From Mycolicibacterium smegmatis (GTDB taxonomy: Bacteria; Actinomycetota; Actinomycetes; Mycobacteriales; Mycobacteriaceae), in assembly GCF_001457595.1 (NCBI RefSeq), contig NZ_LN831039.1:5310001-5342000 (forward strand): a stretch of 32,000 nt of DNA. Direction: 5' to 3'. The position numbers were made by a program, and so were the translations under genes. This document shows positions 6,852 through 14,778 of the stretch, one piece after another. The notes below the pieces were generated by a model. It made no database searches and was not told the DNA's origin. It saw nothing but the letters and a program-made list of their open reading frames with translations. Within the stretch, counting starts at the first letter, position 1. The number at the start of each line of letters is the position of its first letter.

Positions 6852-9781
6852 GCGCCGAACGCAGCACGGTCGGATTCAACTTCCTGGCCGAACCCGAATT
6901 GCCCGCACCCCAGGTCAGCGAGGCGCAGGCCGAGCAGATCCTGGCGACGCACTACGGCCTGCAGGCCAAGGCCGCATCGCTGGGAAGCCAGCAGGACAAG
7001 AACTTCCTGGTCACGCAGGGCGACGAGACCGTCGGCGTGCTCAAGATCGCCAACCCGGCGTTCAACGAGACCGAGTTGGAGGCCCAGGACCTGGCCGCCG
7101 AGCTCATCGCCGCGGCCGAGCCGACGCTGCGCATCGCCGTGCCGATCCCCAACGTCCGTGGCGAGAAACGCACGGCCGTAACCGGATTGCTCGAGTCCCG
7201 GCAGGCCACCGCCTACGTGCGCCTGCTGCGGTTTTTGCCCGGGGACGCGCTGATGCAGCGGGGGTACCTGCGCCCTTCGACGGTCGCCGAACTGGGCGCA
7301 CTGGCGGGACGCGTGACCAGGGCATTGGCCGAGTTCAGCCATCCGGGGCTGGACCGGATCCTGCAGTGGGATCTGCGCTACGGCGCCGAGGTGGTGGCGA
7401 CGCTGGCGTCCCACGTCGACGATCCGGCGCGCCGGGACCGTCTCGAAGCCACCACGCGCGACGCCTGGGCGCGAATCGAACCGTTCGCAGACAGCCTGCC
7501 GCACCAGGCCATTCACATGGACCTCACCGACGCCAACGTGGTGGTGTCCCACGAACCCGGTGGCGTCGTCCGCCCCGACGGCATCATCGACTTCGGCGAC
7601 CTCACCGACAGTTGGACCGTCGGTGAACTGGCCATCACGCTGTCGTCGGTCCTGCAGCATCCCGGCGCCACGCCCACCTCGGTGCTGCCGGGCATCCGCG
7701 CGTTCCATGCCGTTCGCCCGCTGTCGGTCGACGAGGCAATGGTGTTGTGGCCCTTGCTGGTTCTACGGACCGCGGTGCTCAACGTCAGCGGTGCGCAACA
7801 GGCCGCGATCGATCCCGACAACGCGTACGTCACCGAGAACGCCGACGGCGAGTGGCAGATGTTCGAGGCTGCCACCTCGGTACCGCTGGACGTGATGACG
7901 GCGCTGATCACCGCGGATCTCGGGTTCGACTGTGCTGCACCTGAACTGGGCGCACTGACACCCATGATCACCGGACTGGAAGCCGATGCGGTCACCACCC
8001 TGGATCTGGGCACGGTGTCCGACACGCTGGATTCGGCCTTCACGCGCGGCGGTTGGGTGCGTTCCGACATCGAGAACGAACTGGCACGTGCCGCGCTGGC
8101 CGACGGTGCACGTGTGGTGCTGACGCAGTTCGGTCAGCCTCGCCCCACCCGCGCGCCGGCGCTGAGCCACGACGAACCCGCCGTCGTGCCGACCGGTATC
8201 ACGATGTGGTGCGCCGAGGACGTCGCGTTGACCGCGCCGTTCGAGGGCGAGATCAGCCGCGACGGTGACTCGGTGACATTGCGCGGCAACACCTGTGAGC
8301 TGACGTTGACCGGCGTTTCGGGTGATGCCGATACGTTCGGCGTCGCCAGGGCCGGCCGGCCCGTCGAGGTGGCGTTGCGCCCCGTCGGCGCGCCCGTGGC
8401 GCCGGCGTTGGTGACCCCGAGCCTGGCGCCCGGCTGGCTCGCGTGGAGCGTCGACCCGCGTCCCCTTTTCGGATTGCCCGCTCTGGCAACCGATTCCACC
8501 GATGCCGATCTGGTGGCGCGTCGCGACCGTGCGTTCGCACCTGTTCAGGAGCACTACTACGACGAGCCGCCGCGCATCGAACGCGGGTGGCGGCACTTCC
8601 TGATGTCGACCAGTGGGCGCTGCTACCTCGACATGGTCAACAACGTGACCGTACTGGGGCATGCGCATCCGCGTATCGCCGAGGCCGCGGCACGACAACT
8701 GCGCAAACTCAACACGAACTCACGGTTCAACTATGCGTCGGTCGTCGAGTTCAGCGAGCGACTCGCATCGCTGCTGCCCGATCCGCTGGACACCGTGTTC
8801 CTGGTGAACTCCGGTTCGGAGGCAAGCGATCTGGCGCTGCGCCTGGCGATCGCGGCGGCAGGCCGACCCGACGTGGTGGCCATGCGCGAGGCCTACCACG
8901 GGTGGACCTATGGCACCGACGCGGTGTCCACGTCGACCGCCGACAATCCCAACGCGCTTGAGACGCGCCCGGACTGGGTGCACACCGTCGAGTCCCCGAA
9001 CAGCTTCCGCGGCAAGTACCGCGGCTCCGACGTCGGACGGTACGCCGACGAGGCCGTCGCGCAGATTCAGGAACTGGCGGCGGCCGGACGAGCCCCGGCG
9101 GCGTTCATCTGCGAGACCGTCTACGGCAACGCCGGCGGCATGGCCCTGCCCGACGGGTATCTCGAGAAGGTGTACGCGGCCATCCGCGCCAACGGCGGCT
9201 ACGCCGTCGCCGACGAGGTCCAGGTGGGTTACGGCCGTCTGGGCGAATGGTTCTGGGGGTTCCAGCAGCAGGGCGTGGTGCCCGACATCGTGTCGATGGC
9301 GAAGTCGACCGGCAACGGCTACCCGCTCGGCGCGGTGGTCACCAGCCGGGCGGTCGCCGAGGCGTTCCGCAGCCAGGGGTACTTCTTCTCGTCGACCGGC
9401 GGCAGCCCGTTGTCGTGTGCGCTCGGCATGACCGTGCTGGATGTCCTCGGCGAGGAACGCCTGCAGGAGAACGCGTCTCGCGTCGGCGCGCATCTGAAGT
9501 CACGGCTGCTGGCGCTTTCCGACAAGCACCCGATCATCGGCACCGTGCACGGCGTGGGGCTGTACCTCGGCGTCGAGATGATCCGCGATCCCGCGACATT
9601 GGAGCCCGCGACCGAGGAGACGGCGCTGATCTGCGATCGCATGCTGGAACTCGGCGTCATCATCCAGCCCACCGGCGATCACCAGAACATCCTCAAGACC
9701 AAACCGCCGCTGTGCATCGACACCGAGTCGGCCGATTTCTACGTCGACACCCTCGATCGCGTGCTCACCGAGGGCTGGTAG
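6848..9781 (+). CDS. Tri-domain fusion: aminoglycoside-phosphotransferase-like kinase + central domain + class-III aminotransferase-fold (phospho-lyase-like) PLP enzyme, 977 aa
   Basis: ORF 6257..9781, trimmed to the in-frame GTG at 6848 (VSAERSTVGFNF...). The kinase motifs are IHMDLTDANVVV (HxDxxxxN) and IIDFGDL. The C-terminal half has class-III aminotransferase motifs (SGSEASDLALRLA, ADEVQVGYGRLG, and the PLP-lysine context DIVSMAKSTGNGYPLG). Confidence 0.85.
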   Translation: MSAERSTVGFNFLAEPELPAPQVSEAQAEQILATHYGLQAKAASLGSQQDKNFLVTQGDETVGVLKIANPAFNETELEAQDLAAELIAAAEPTLRIAVPIPNVRGEKRTAVTGLLESRQATAYVRLLRFLPGDALMQRGYLRPSTVAELGALAGRVTRALAEFSHPGLDRILQWDLRYGAEVVATLASHVDDPARRDRLEATTRDAWARIEPFADSLPHQAIHMDLTDANVVVSHEPGGVVRPDGIIDFGDLTDSWTVGELAITLSSVLQHPGATPTSVLPGIRAFHAVRPLSVDEAMVLWPLLVLRTAVLNVSGAQQAAIDPDNAYVTENADGEWQMFEAATSVPLDVMTALITADLGFDCAAPELGALTPMITGLEADAVTTLDLGTVSDTLDSAFTRGGWVRSDIENELARAALADGARVVLTQFGQPRPTRAPALSHDEPAVVPTGITMWCAEDVALTAPFEGEISRDGDSVTLRGNTCELTLTGVSGDADTFGVARAGRPVEVALRPVGAPVAPALVTPSLAPGWLAWSVDPRPLFGLPALATDSTDADLVARRDRAFAPVQEHYYDEPPRIERGWRHFLMSTSGRCYLDMVNNVTVLGHAHPRIAEAAARQLRKLNTNSRFNYASVVEFSERLASLLPDPLDTVFLVNSGSEASDLALRLAIAAAGRPDVVAMREAYHGWTYGTDAVSTSTADNPNALETRPDWVHTVESPNSFRGKYRGSDVGRYADEAVAQIQELAAAGRAPAAFICETVYGNAGGMALPDGYLEKVYAAIRANGGYAVADEVQVGYGRLGEWFWGFQQQGVVPDIVSMAKSTGNGYPLGAVVTSRAVAEAFRSQGYFFSSTGGSPLSCALGMTVLDVLGEERLQENASRVGAHLKSRLLALSDKHPIIGTVHGVGLYLGVEMIRDPATLEPATEETALICDRMLELGVIIQPTGDHQNILKTKPPLCIDTESADFYVDTLDRVLTEGW

Positions 9782-10523
9782 CCCAGAACCGGGTCAGCAT
9801 CGCCGCGGCGCGAGCCGGGTCCTGCACCATCCACCAGTGGTGCAGCCCGTCGAGCACCTCCGTGCGGGCGCCGGCGCGCTCGGCGGCGCGGCGCCGGATC
9901 TCCTCGGAACCGACGTAGGTGTCCTCGGTCGCCAACACCGACAGGCCCGGTTTCGCGCGGGCCTTCTCCAGTCCGCCCCCGGCCTCGGCCACGGCTGCGG
10001 TGTCCGCCGCGGAGCGGTACAGCGCCAGGATCGCCCGCCCCATCTCGGGCCCCTGCGCCGCGGCCAGCGCTCCGGCGATGTCGGCGGGCAGAAACGCGGC
10101 CCACTGGGCGGTGCGGTCCTCGACGGTGCCGCCCATCATGGCGTCGACGAGTTCCTCGCCCGCCCCCGGGGTCTGCCACACCTGGGCCAGGTCGTGCCAG
10201 ACGTATTCGGGGTCGAAGATCCCGACGACGTCGCTCACCCAGGTCCGTACCAGTTCGGGGCGGTGCATCACCACATTGAGCACATGGCCTCCGCCCCAGT
10301 CGTGCCCGACCAGATCGACCGGGCCGTCGAATTTCTCCAGCTCGCCTTCGAGCCAGTCGCGGTATTCGAGGTACGTCGCCGAGAAGCCGTCCGGCAGCGG
10401 CGCGCCGAAACCGGGTGGGGACAGCCGCACGATGTCGTCACGGCCCTCCCGGCCAAGTGCCTCGACCAGCGGGCCCCAGATCGCGTCGGTCTCCGGATTC
10501 CCGTGCACCAAAACCACAGTCAT
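9765..10523 (-). CDS. Alpha/beta fold hydrolase (HDWGG nucleophile-Asp type)
   Basis: ORF 9765..10532, trimmed to MTVVLVHGNPETD... It has the GHDWGG motif and a C-terminal LHHWWM. It overlaps the end of the fusion gene by 17 bp (convergent). Confidence 0.8.
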   Translation of the reverse strand: MTVVLVHGNPETDAIWGPLVEALGREGRDDIVRLSPPGFGAPLPDGFSATYLEYRDWLEGELEKFDGPVDLVGHDWGGGHVLNVVMHRPELVRTWVSDVVGIFDPEYVWHDLAQVWQTPGAGEELVDAMMGGTVEDRTAQWAAFLPADIAGALAAAQGPEMGRAILALYRSAADTAAVAEAGGGLEKARAKPGLSVLATEDTYVGSEEIRRRAAERAGARTEVLDGLHHWWMVQDPARAAAMLTRFWATSPR

Positions 10524-10605
10524 GATCCACATCCTTCTCTACGACGCGACCTCGCATGGCGATTTGATATGGCAGGCCGGCACTGGGCGCGCGCTCGTCG
10601 CCGGT

Positions 10606-10662
10606 GAGCGTGCGCCGGGTGCTGCAGAAACGCGGCGCGTCGACCAGCAGCCACGCACGCTC
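10606..10662 (-). terminator. Candidate stem-loop: GAGCGTGCG ... CGCACGCTC outer 9-bp stem plus inner GCTGC/GCAGC
   Basis: Inverted repeats read from the sequence. It lies about 25 nt downstream of the small membrane-protein stop and upstream of the hydrolase start on the minus strand. There is no U-tract, which would fit the I-shaped terminators common in mycobacteria. Confidence 0.3.
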
Positions 10663-10687
10663 GCGGTGCAAGCTCGCGGCGCAAGGG

Positions 10688-10855
10688 TCAGGCCGAGTCG
10701 GCGCCGTTCGCCTCCGCGAGCCGCTCATGCAGCCGCGCGCGGATGTCCTCAGGTGTGTAGGCCTTGCGGCGGCGCTGATCGCGCGCGACCAACACACCAC
10801 CGGCGACGACACCGGCGACACCGGCCAACCCGACCCACTTCCAGATGCTGCGCAT
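10688..10855 (-). CDS. Small single-pass membrane protein (55 aa), hypothetical
   Basis: Below the ORF-track size cutoff. The minus-strand ATG at 10855 gives MRSIWKWVGLAGVAGVVAGGVLVARDQRRRKAYTPEDIRARLHERLAEANGADSA, ending at a TGA stop at 10688-10690. It has high GC3, one TM helix and a charged tail. Confidence 0.5.
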   Translation of the reverse strand: MRSIWKWVGLAGVAGVVAGGVLVARDQRRRKAYTPEDIRARLHERLAEANGADSA

Positions 10856-10881
10856 GCACAGAGTGTGCCTAAGCTGCGGTC

Positions 10882-11577
10882 GTGAATGCGAACACCGTGT
10901 CGTTGACCAAGGCGCTGGACGAGACCCGCACCGGGGACATCTGGCTGTTCCGCGGCGCGTCGGGCCCGGACCGCGCGATCCGGACGTTGACCAACGCCCC
11001 GGTCAACCACGTGGGCATGACAGTCGCGATCGACGATCTGCCGCCGCTCATCTGGCATGCCGAACTCGGCGACAAGCTGCTCGACATGTGGACCGGCACG
11101 CACCACCGCGGCGTCCAGCTCAACGACGCCCGGCAGGCCGTCGAACGCTGGCAGCAGGTGTACGGCCAGCGCTGCTGGATCCGTCAGCTCACCCCGTACG
11201 CCAGCCGCGACCAGGAGAACGCGCTGCTGAAGGTGATCGCGCGGATGGACGGCACGCCGTTCCCCACCACCGCGCGGCTCACGGGGCGATGGCTGCGCGG
11301 CAGGCTGCCGGTTGCCAGCGACTTCACACGCGGCATCCCGTTGGTTCACAGCAAGATCAGCGAATCCGTCAAGCGCAAGAAGGCAAGCAAACGGCAGGTC
11401 GGTCTGCAGACCGCGTACTGCGCCGAGACGGTGGCCATCACCTACGAGGAAATGGGCTTGCTGACAACGGAAAAACACTACAACTGGTTCGATCCCGGCT
11501 CCTTCTGGAGCGGCGATCAGCTACCGCTGACAGCCGGTTACCAGCTCGGCGACGAAATCGCCGTCGTCGCAGATTAA
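10882..11577 (+). CDS. Permuted papain-like amidase, YaeF/YiiX (C92)-like
   Basis: 231-aa ORF (GTG start). The motif order GDIWLF ... NHVGMTVA ... AYCAETVAITY parallels E. coli YiiX (GDIIFQ ... SHTGML ... YCSEVVWKVY), with His before Cys as in permuted NlpC/P60 enzymes. Confidence 0.65.
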   Translation: MNANTVSLTKALDETRTGDIWLFRGASGPDRAIRTLTNAPVNHVGMTVAIDDLPPLIWHAELGDKLLDMWTGTHHRGVQLNDARQAVERWQQVYGQRCWIRQLTPYASRDQENALLKVIARMDGTPFPTTARLTGRWLRGRLPVASDFTRGIPLVHSKISESVKRKKASKRQVGLQTAYCAETVAITYEEMGLLTTEKHYNWFDPGSFWSGDQLPLTAGYQLGDEIAVVAD

Positions 11578-11585
11578 ACGCCGCT

Positions 11586-11605
11586 TATACCTGCTAACAG
11601 GTATA
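11586..11605. promoter_or_regulatory. AT-rich perfect palindrome TATACCTG-ctaa-CAGGTATA
   Basis: Read directly from the sequence. It begins 9 nt after the YiiX-like stop and lies about 85 nt upstream of the ECF sigma start. It could be an operator or a weak terminator. Confidence 0.3.
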
Positions 11606-11689
11606 TCGGATTGGGGCCAGCAGTGAGGAATTCGGAGCCCCGACAGACCAGGCTTGGTTAGCGAGTCCAACGGTCTTCGGAGGTGCCGG

Positions 11690-12214
11690 ATGTTAGCGGT
11701 CGAACAGCCCACCGAGCGCATGCTCGAGCTCTACGCCAACCACGTCGACCCCCTGCGCCGATATGCCTTCCGGCTCACCAGCAACCAGACGCGCTCTGAG
11801 GACATCGTGCAGGAGACCTTCCTGCGGGCCTGGCGTCACCTCCAGAACAACGATGGAGACCTGCCGCTGAGGTCATGGCTGTTCACTGTCGCCCGGAACA
11901 TCGTGATCGACGGCAGTCGTTCAGCGCGGGTTCGGTACGAAGTTTCATCCCCTGACACTCCGGAGGTGCCGGACCGTATGGGCGCCGATGAAGTCAACGC
12001 CGCGTTGGACCGGATCCTGGTGGCCGAAGCCATGGCGCAACTGCCCGAATCGCACCGTGCCGTACTCAGCCGCTCGTTCTACCTCGGTTGGACCACCGGA
12101 CGTATCGCCGAAGACCTGGGCATCGCGGAGGGCACCGTGAAATCGAGGCTGCACTACTCCCTCAAACGCCTGCGGCTCATCCTCGCCGAGATGGGCTGTC
12201 ACGCTCGGTCCTGA
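11690..12214 (+). CDS. ECF-type sigma-70 family RNA polymerase sigma factor
   Basis: ORF 11654..12214, trimmed to the ATG at 11690, which is preceded by GGAGG at 6-nt spacing. Region 2 reads DIVQETFLRAWRH. Region 4 reads FYLGWTTGRIAEDLGIAEGTVKSRLHYSLKRLR. Confidence 0.85.
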   Translation: MLAVEQPTERMLELYANHVDPLRRYAFRLTSNQTRSEDIVQETFLRAWRHLQNNDGDLPLRSWLFTVARNIVIDGSRSARVRYEVSSPDTPEVPDRMGADEVNAALDRILVAEAMAQLPESHRAVLSRSFYLGWTTGRIAEDLGIAEGTVKSRLHYSLKRLRLILAEMGCHARS

Positions 12215-12221
12215 TCCCCAT

Positions 12222-12734
12222 GTGCGCTACGGTCGGGTGGTGCCGCTGCCCTACGTGGATCCCCACAAGAAGCGAGGCCTGGGCTACGAGATCGCGTCGG
12301 CCTTCGGTCGTTCACCGGTCGGCCAGTTCTTCGCTCGCCACGTGGCGCGTCACACCGATCCCCTGCTGTTCCGGCTGACCCGCGGCCGAATCAACGTGAG
12401 CCCGATCATCAATGCTCCGCTGGTGACGACCGGCGCGAAATCCGGTGAGCGACGCGAGGTGCAGCTGACCTATTTCCACGACCACGACGACGTGATCCTG
12501 GTGGCGTCGAACTTCGGCGGCACCAAGAATCCGCAGTGGTACCACAACCTCAAGGCACACCCCGACTGCGAGTTCGGCGGCGAACCGTTCACCGCGGCGG
12601 AGGTCACCGACCCCGACGAGCACGCACGCCTGTACGCGCTCGCCGAGCGCGTCTACCCCGGATACCGCGACTACCGCGAGGCAACGGCCGATACCGGCCG
12701 GCACATCCCGGTCTTCCGCCTCACGCCGCGCTGA
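12222..12734 (+). CDS. Deazaflavin (F420)-dependent nitroreductase family protein (Ddn-like)
   Basis: 170-aa ORF (GTG start). It has the hallmark NPQWYHNLKAHP motif and an N-terminal FARHVARHTDPLLFRLTRGR segment typical of the family. Confidence 0.8.
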   Translation: MRYGRVVPLPYVDPHKKRGLGYEIASAFGRSPVGQFFARHVARHTDPLLFRLTRGRINVSPIINAPLVTTGAKSGERREVQLTYFHDHDDVILVASNFGGTKNPQWYHNLKAHPDCEFGGEPFTAAEVTDPDEHARLYALAERVYPGYRDYREATADTGRHIPVFRLTPR

Positions 12735-12821
12735 GTTTCGTGGCCGACGGCGGACATGACCGAATCCCCTCCTGTGCAACGGATCTGCGGTTGACCTGCG
12801 TCGAACGGCCGCGGCGCGCCG

Positions 12822-13229
12822 CTACGCCGACGCGACGCCGAACTTGGCGCGCGCGTCCTCGGTGACCGGCGTGAAAAGGTTGACCAGATTCCCATCCGGA
12901 TCACGGAAGACCAGTGCGCGGTTGCCCCACGGCATCGTCGTCGGTTCGATGACGACGTCGACCAGATGCTTGCGCAGCCGCTCGTACTCCGCGTCGACGT
13001 CGTCGACGATGAATTCGATGATCGCGCTGTGGTTTGCCGCGGGCTGGGCACTGCCGGGCCCGAACAGCGGCACGGTCTTCTCACTGCCGATCGCCAGTGT
13101 TCCTGCGGGTGTGGGAATTTCGGCGAACAACTCGTTGGCCCACACGGCCGACAGCCCGGTGACGGTCTCGTAGAAGTCGACGAGCCGCTTGACGTCGGCG
13201 GTGATGATGCGTGTCGAAACGAATTTCAT
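12822..13229 (-). CDS. VOC (glyoxalase/bleomycin-resistance/dioxygenase) family protein
   Basis: ORF 12822..13301, trimmed to MKFVSTRIITADVKRLVDFYETVTG... It ends ...PWGNRALVFRDPDGNLVNLFTP, a typical VOC beta-alpha-beta-beta-beta module. Confidence 0.8.
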   Translation of the reverse strand: MKFVSTRIITADVKRLVDFYETVTGLSAVWANELFAEIPTPAGTLAIGSEKTVPLFGPGSAQPAANHSAIIEFIVDDVDAEYERLRKHLVDVVIEPTTMPWGNRALVFRDPDGNLVNLFTPVTEDARAKFGVASA

Positions 13230-13302
13230 GGGCCCCCAATCGCAGTGGCCGCCGCGTGGATGCGGCGCCGGGATCGCGACGATACTCAAGCCCCCTGACA
13301 AG

Positions 13303-13318
13303 CCGGCGTTTCCGCCGG
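13303..13318 (-). terminator. Stem-loop CCGGCG-tttc-CGCCGG directly after the stop of the repeat-protein ORF
   Basis: Perfect 6-bp GC stem with a 4-nt loop, lying immediately downstream of the stop codon at 13320-13322 on the minus strand. No U-tract. Confidence 0.4.
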
Positions 13319-13319
13319 T

Positions 13320-13658
13320 CTAGTCGAGGTTCATGCGTTCGGTCTTGTCCATCTCACGCTGGATGGTGGCTTCCTGACGCCGCTCGCCGGCACGGCGTCG
13401 TTGCGCGCTCTCCGAAAGTCGCCGCAGGCGTTCCTGTTCACGCGCGGCAGCTGTGCCCTCGCGCTCGTCGGCGAGCCGCTCACGTTCGTCGGCGTCGGAT
13501 TCGCGCTCGTCGGCAAGACGCTCGCGCTCGTCGGCGACCTGATCACGCTCGTCGGCGAAATACTCGCGCCGCTTCAGTTCGGCGTCGCGCCGCTGGTCGG
13601 CTCCGGTGGCTTGATCGTCGCGCTCGTCGGGCGTGTGTGTACTGCCCTCGCTGTCCAC
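13320..13658 (-). CDS. Highly charged heptad-repeat (ADERExx) coiled-coil-like protein, hypothetical (~112 aa)
   Basis: This is the C-terminal part of ORF 13320..14048. The upstream part overlaps the SnoaL gene in another frame, so the only plausible start is GTG at 13658. GC3 is high in this frame. The sequence reads ...FADERDQVADERERLADERESDADERERLADEREGTAAAREQERLRR... The start and the reality of the gene are uncertain. Confidence 0.45.
   Translation of the reverse strand: MDSEGSTHTPDERDDQATGADQRRDAELKRREYFADERDQVADERERLADERESDADERERLADEREGTAAAREQERLRRLSESAQRRRAGERRQEATIQREMDKTERMNLD
13464..13556. repeat. Five copies of (C/T)TCGTCGGC spaced at an exact 21-bp period
   Basis: Copies start at 13464, 13485, 13506, 13527 and 13548. 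They correspond to heptad ADE repeats on the minus strand. Confidence 0.8.
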
Positions 13659-13690
13659 ACCTTCGACAGTAGGCCTTCGGGCGGCCTGCG

Positions 13691-14092
13691 TCAGCTTCCT
13701 TGTTCTTGGAATTGCGCGCGGATGGCCTCCTTGTCGATCACCGACCAGACCTCGGCGATTCGCCGGTTCTCGAAGCGGTAGAAGACGTGTTCGGCGAAGG
13801 TGATCCGTTCGCCGCTGGGTTCCAGGCCCAGGAACGTGTGCTGCGGCGTGCAGGTGAACATGAGCCGGCAGCCGACGGTCTGCCCGTCGGCGATCACGAT
13901 GTCGGCGTCGAAGTGCAGATCCGGCGTGGCGTGCGTGTCGGCCTCCAGCATGGCGCGGTAGCCGCTCAGGCCCAGCCGTTCGCCGTTGCGCACGACGTCG
14001 TCGGACACGTACTTGCCGAGGTCGTCCCACCGGCGGTCGTTGAGGCATGCCAGGTAGGCGCGATAAATGGCCGTCAGGTCGTTGTCAGTCAT
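13691..14092 (-). CDS. SnoaL-like ester cyclase family protein
   Basis: ORF 13691..14323, trimmed to MTDNDLTAIYRAYLACLNDRRWDDLGKYVSDDVVRNGERLGLSGYRAMLE...FYRFENRRIAEVWSVIDKEAI. This is the typical predicted ester cyclase signature. Confidence 0.8.
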   Translation of the reverse strand: MTDNDLTAIYRAYLACLNDRRWDDLGKYVSDDVVRNGERLGLSGYRAMLEADTHATPDLHFDADIVIADGQTVGCRLMFTCTPQHTFLGLEPSGERITFAEHVFYRFENRRIAEVWSVIDKEAIRAQFQEQGS

Positions 14093-14101
14093 AGGGCTCT
14101 C

Positions 14102-14165
14102 CGCCGAACGTTGGCTTGTGTGCGCAAAGTACCCCAGTTTTGAGCAACATCCCCACGCTCGGCGC
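14102..14165. repeat. 64-bp intergenic element, copy A (terminal inverted repeats CGCCGAACGT / ACGCTCGGCG)
   Basis: Same length as 14779..14842 and colinear with it. Identity is 15/17 at one end and 13/14 at the other. It fills most of the spacer between the DHFR-like stop and the SnoaL start. Confidence 0.7.
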
Positions 14166-14723
14166 TCAGCCCGGCGCGTATCGCAGGTACACCACGCCGT
14201 CGTCGAAGATCGTGTGTTCGGCGAGCCCCAGGTCGAGGCGCACGTCGTCAGGCAGCGCGCGCAGGCCGCCACCGACCACCTTCGGCACGACGAAGAAGTT
14301 GAACTCGTCGACCATGCCCGCACGGATCGCGGGGGCGGCCGTGGTCGGGCCGAAGATCTCGACCGTGCCCGTCGCGTCGGCGACGATCTTCCGCAACTCG
14401 TCGAGATCCAGCCGTGGCACCAGGCGATCGCGTCCCGCAGCGACGTGATCGGGTGTGAGTGTCGACGCGACGACCACCTTCTGGATCTTGCGCCAGCGCC
14501 GGGCGAATTCCTCCTCGGCCGGCGAGAAGTCGTGATGGTCGGTCTCCCAGTACCGCATCAGCTCGTAGGTCTTGCGGCCGAGCACCTCGGTCGACACCGC
14601 GGCCATCCGCTCGACATGGGTGTCGAAGACCGGGTCGTTGGGCGCCGACCACTGGAAGTCCCCGTCGGCGTCGTTGACATAGCCGTCGATCGAGATGGTC
14701 GTGCTGTAGCTCAACGTCCCCAC
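14166..14723 (-). CDS. Dihydrofolate reductase family protein (RibD C-terminal domain type)
   Basis: 185-aa ORF (GTG start): MGTLSYSTTISIDGYVNDADGDFQWSAP...EIFGPTTAAPAIRAGMVDEFNFFVVPKVVGGG, which is typical of the family. Confidence 0.8.
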   Translation of the reverse strand: MGTLSYSTTISIDGYVNDADGDFQWSAPNDPVFDTHVERMAAVSTEVLGRKTYELMRYWETDHHDFSPAEEEFARRWRKIQKVVVASTLTPDHVAAGRDRLVPRLDLDELRKIVADATGTVEIFGPTTAAPAIRAGMVDEFNFFVVPKVVGGGLRALPDDVRLDLGLAEHTIFDDGVVYLRYAPG

Positions 14724-14778
14724 GGGGCCTCCTCAGGTCGAAGTTGTCGTAGAGACCTGCGGCGGGTGCTGAACTCAT

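Noticed and set aside
11606-11689. Search for an ECF-type autoregulatory promoter (GGAAC-like -35, CGT-like -10) upstream of the sigma gene
   Set aside because: There is only a GGAAT at about 11636, with no convincing -10 partner at 16-17 nt spacing. It is not reportable without TSS data.
12811-12822. GC-only 12-bp palindrome GCGGCGCGCCGC at the VOC gene stop
   Set aside because: Such short all-GC palindromes are expected by chance at this base composition, and it has no loop to form a useful hairpin.
13401-13781. Plus-strand ORF with ALVG repeats
   Set aside because: It is the mirror image of the minus-strand ADERE repeat frame. The minus frame has a better coding look, is followed by a hairpin, and fits between neighbouring genes on that strand.
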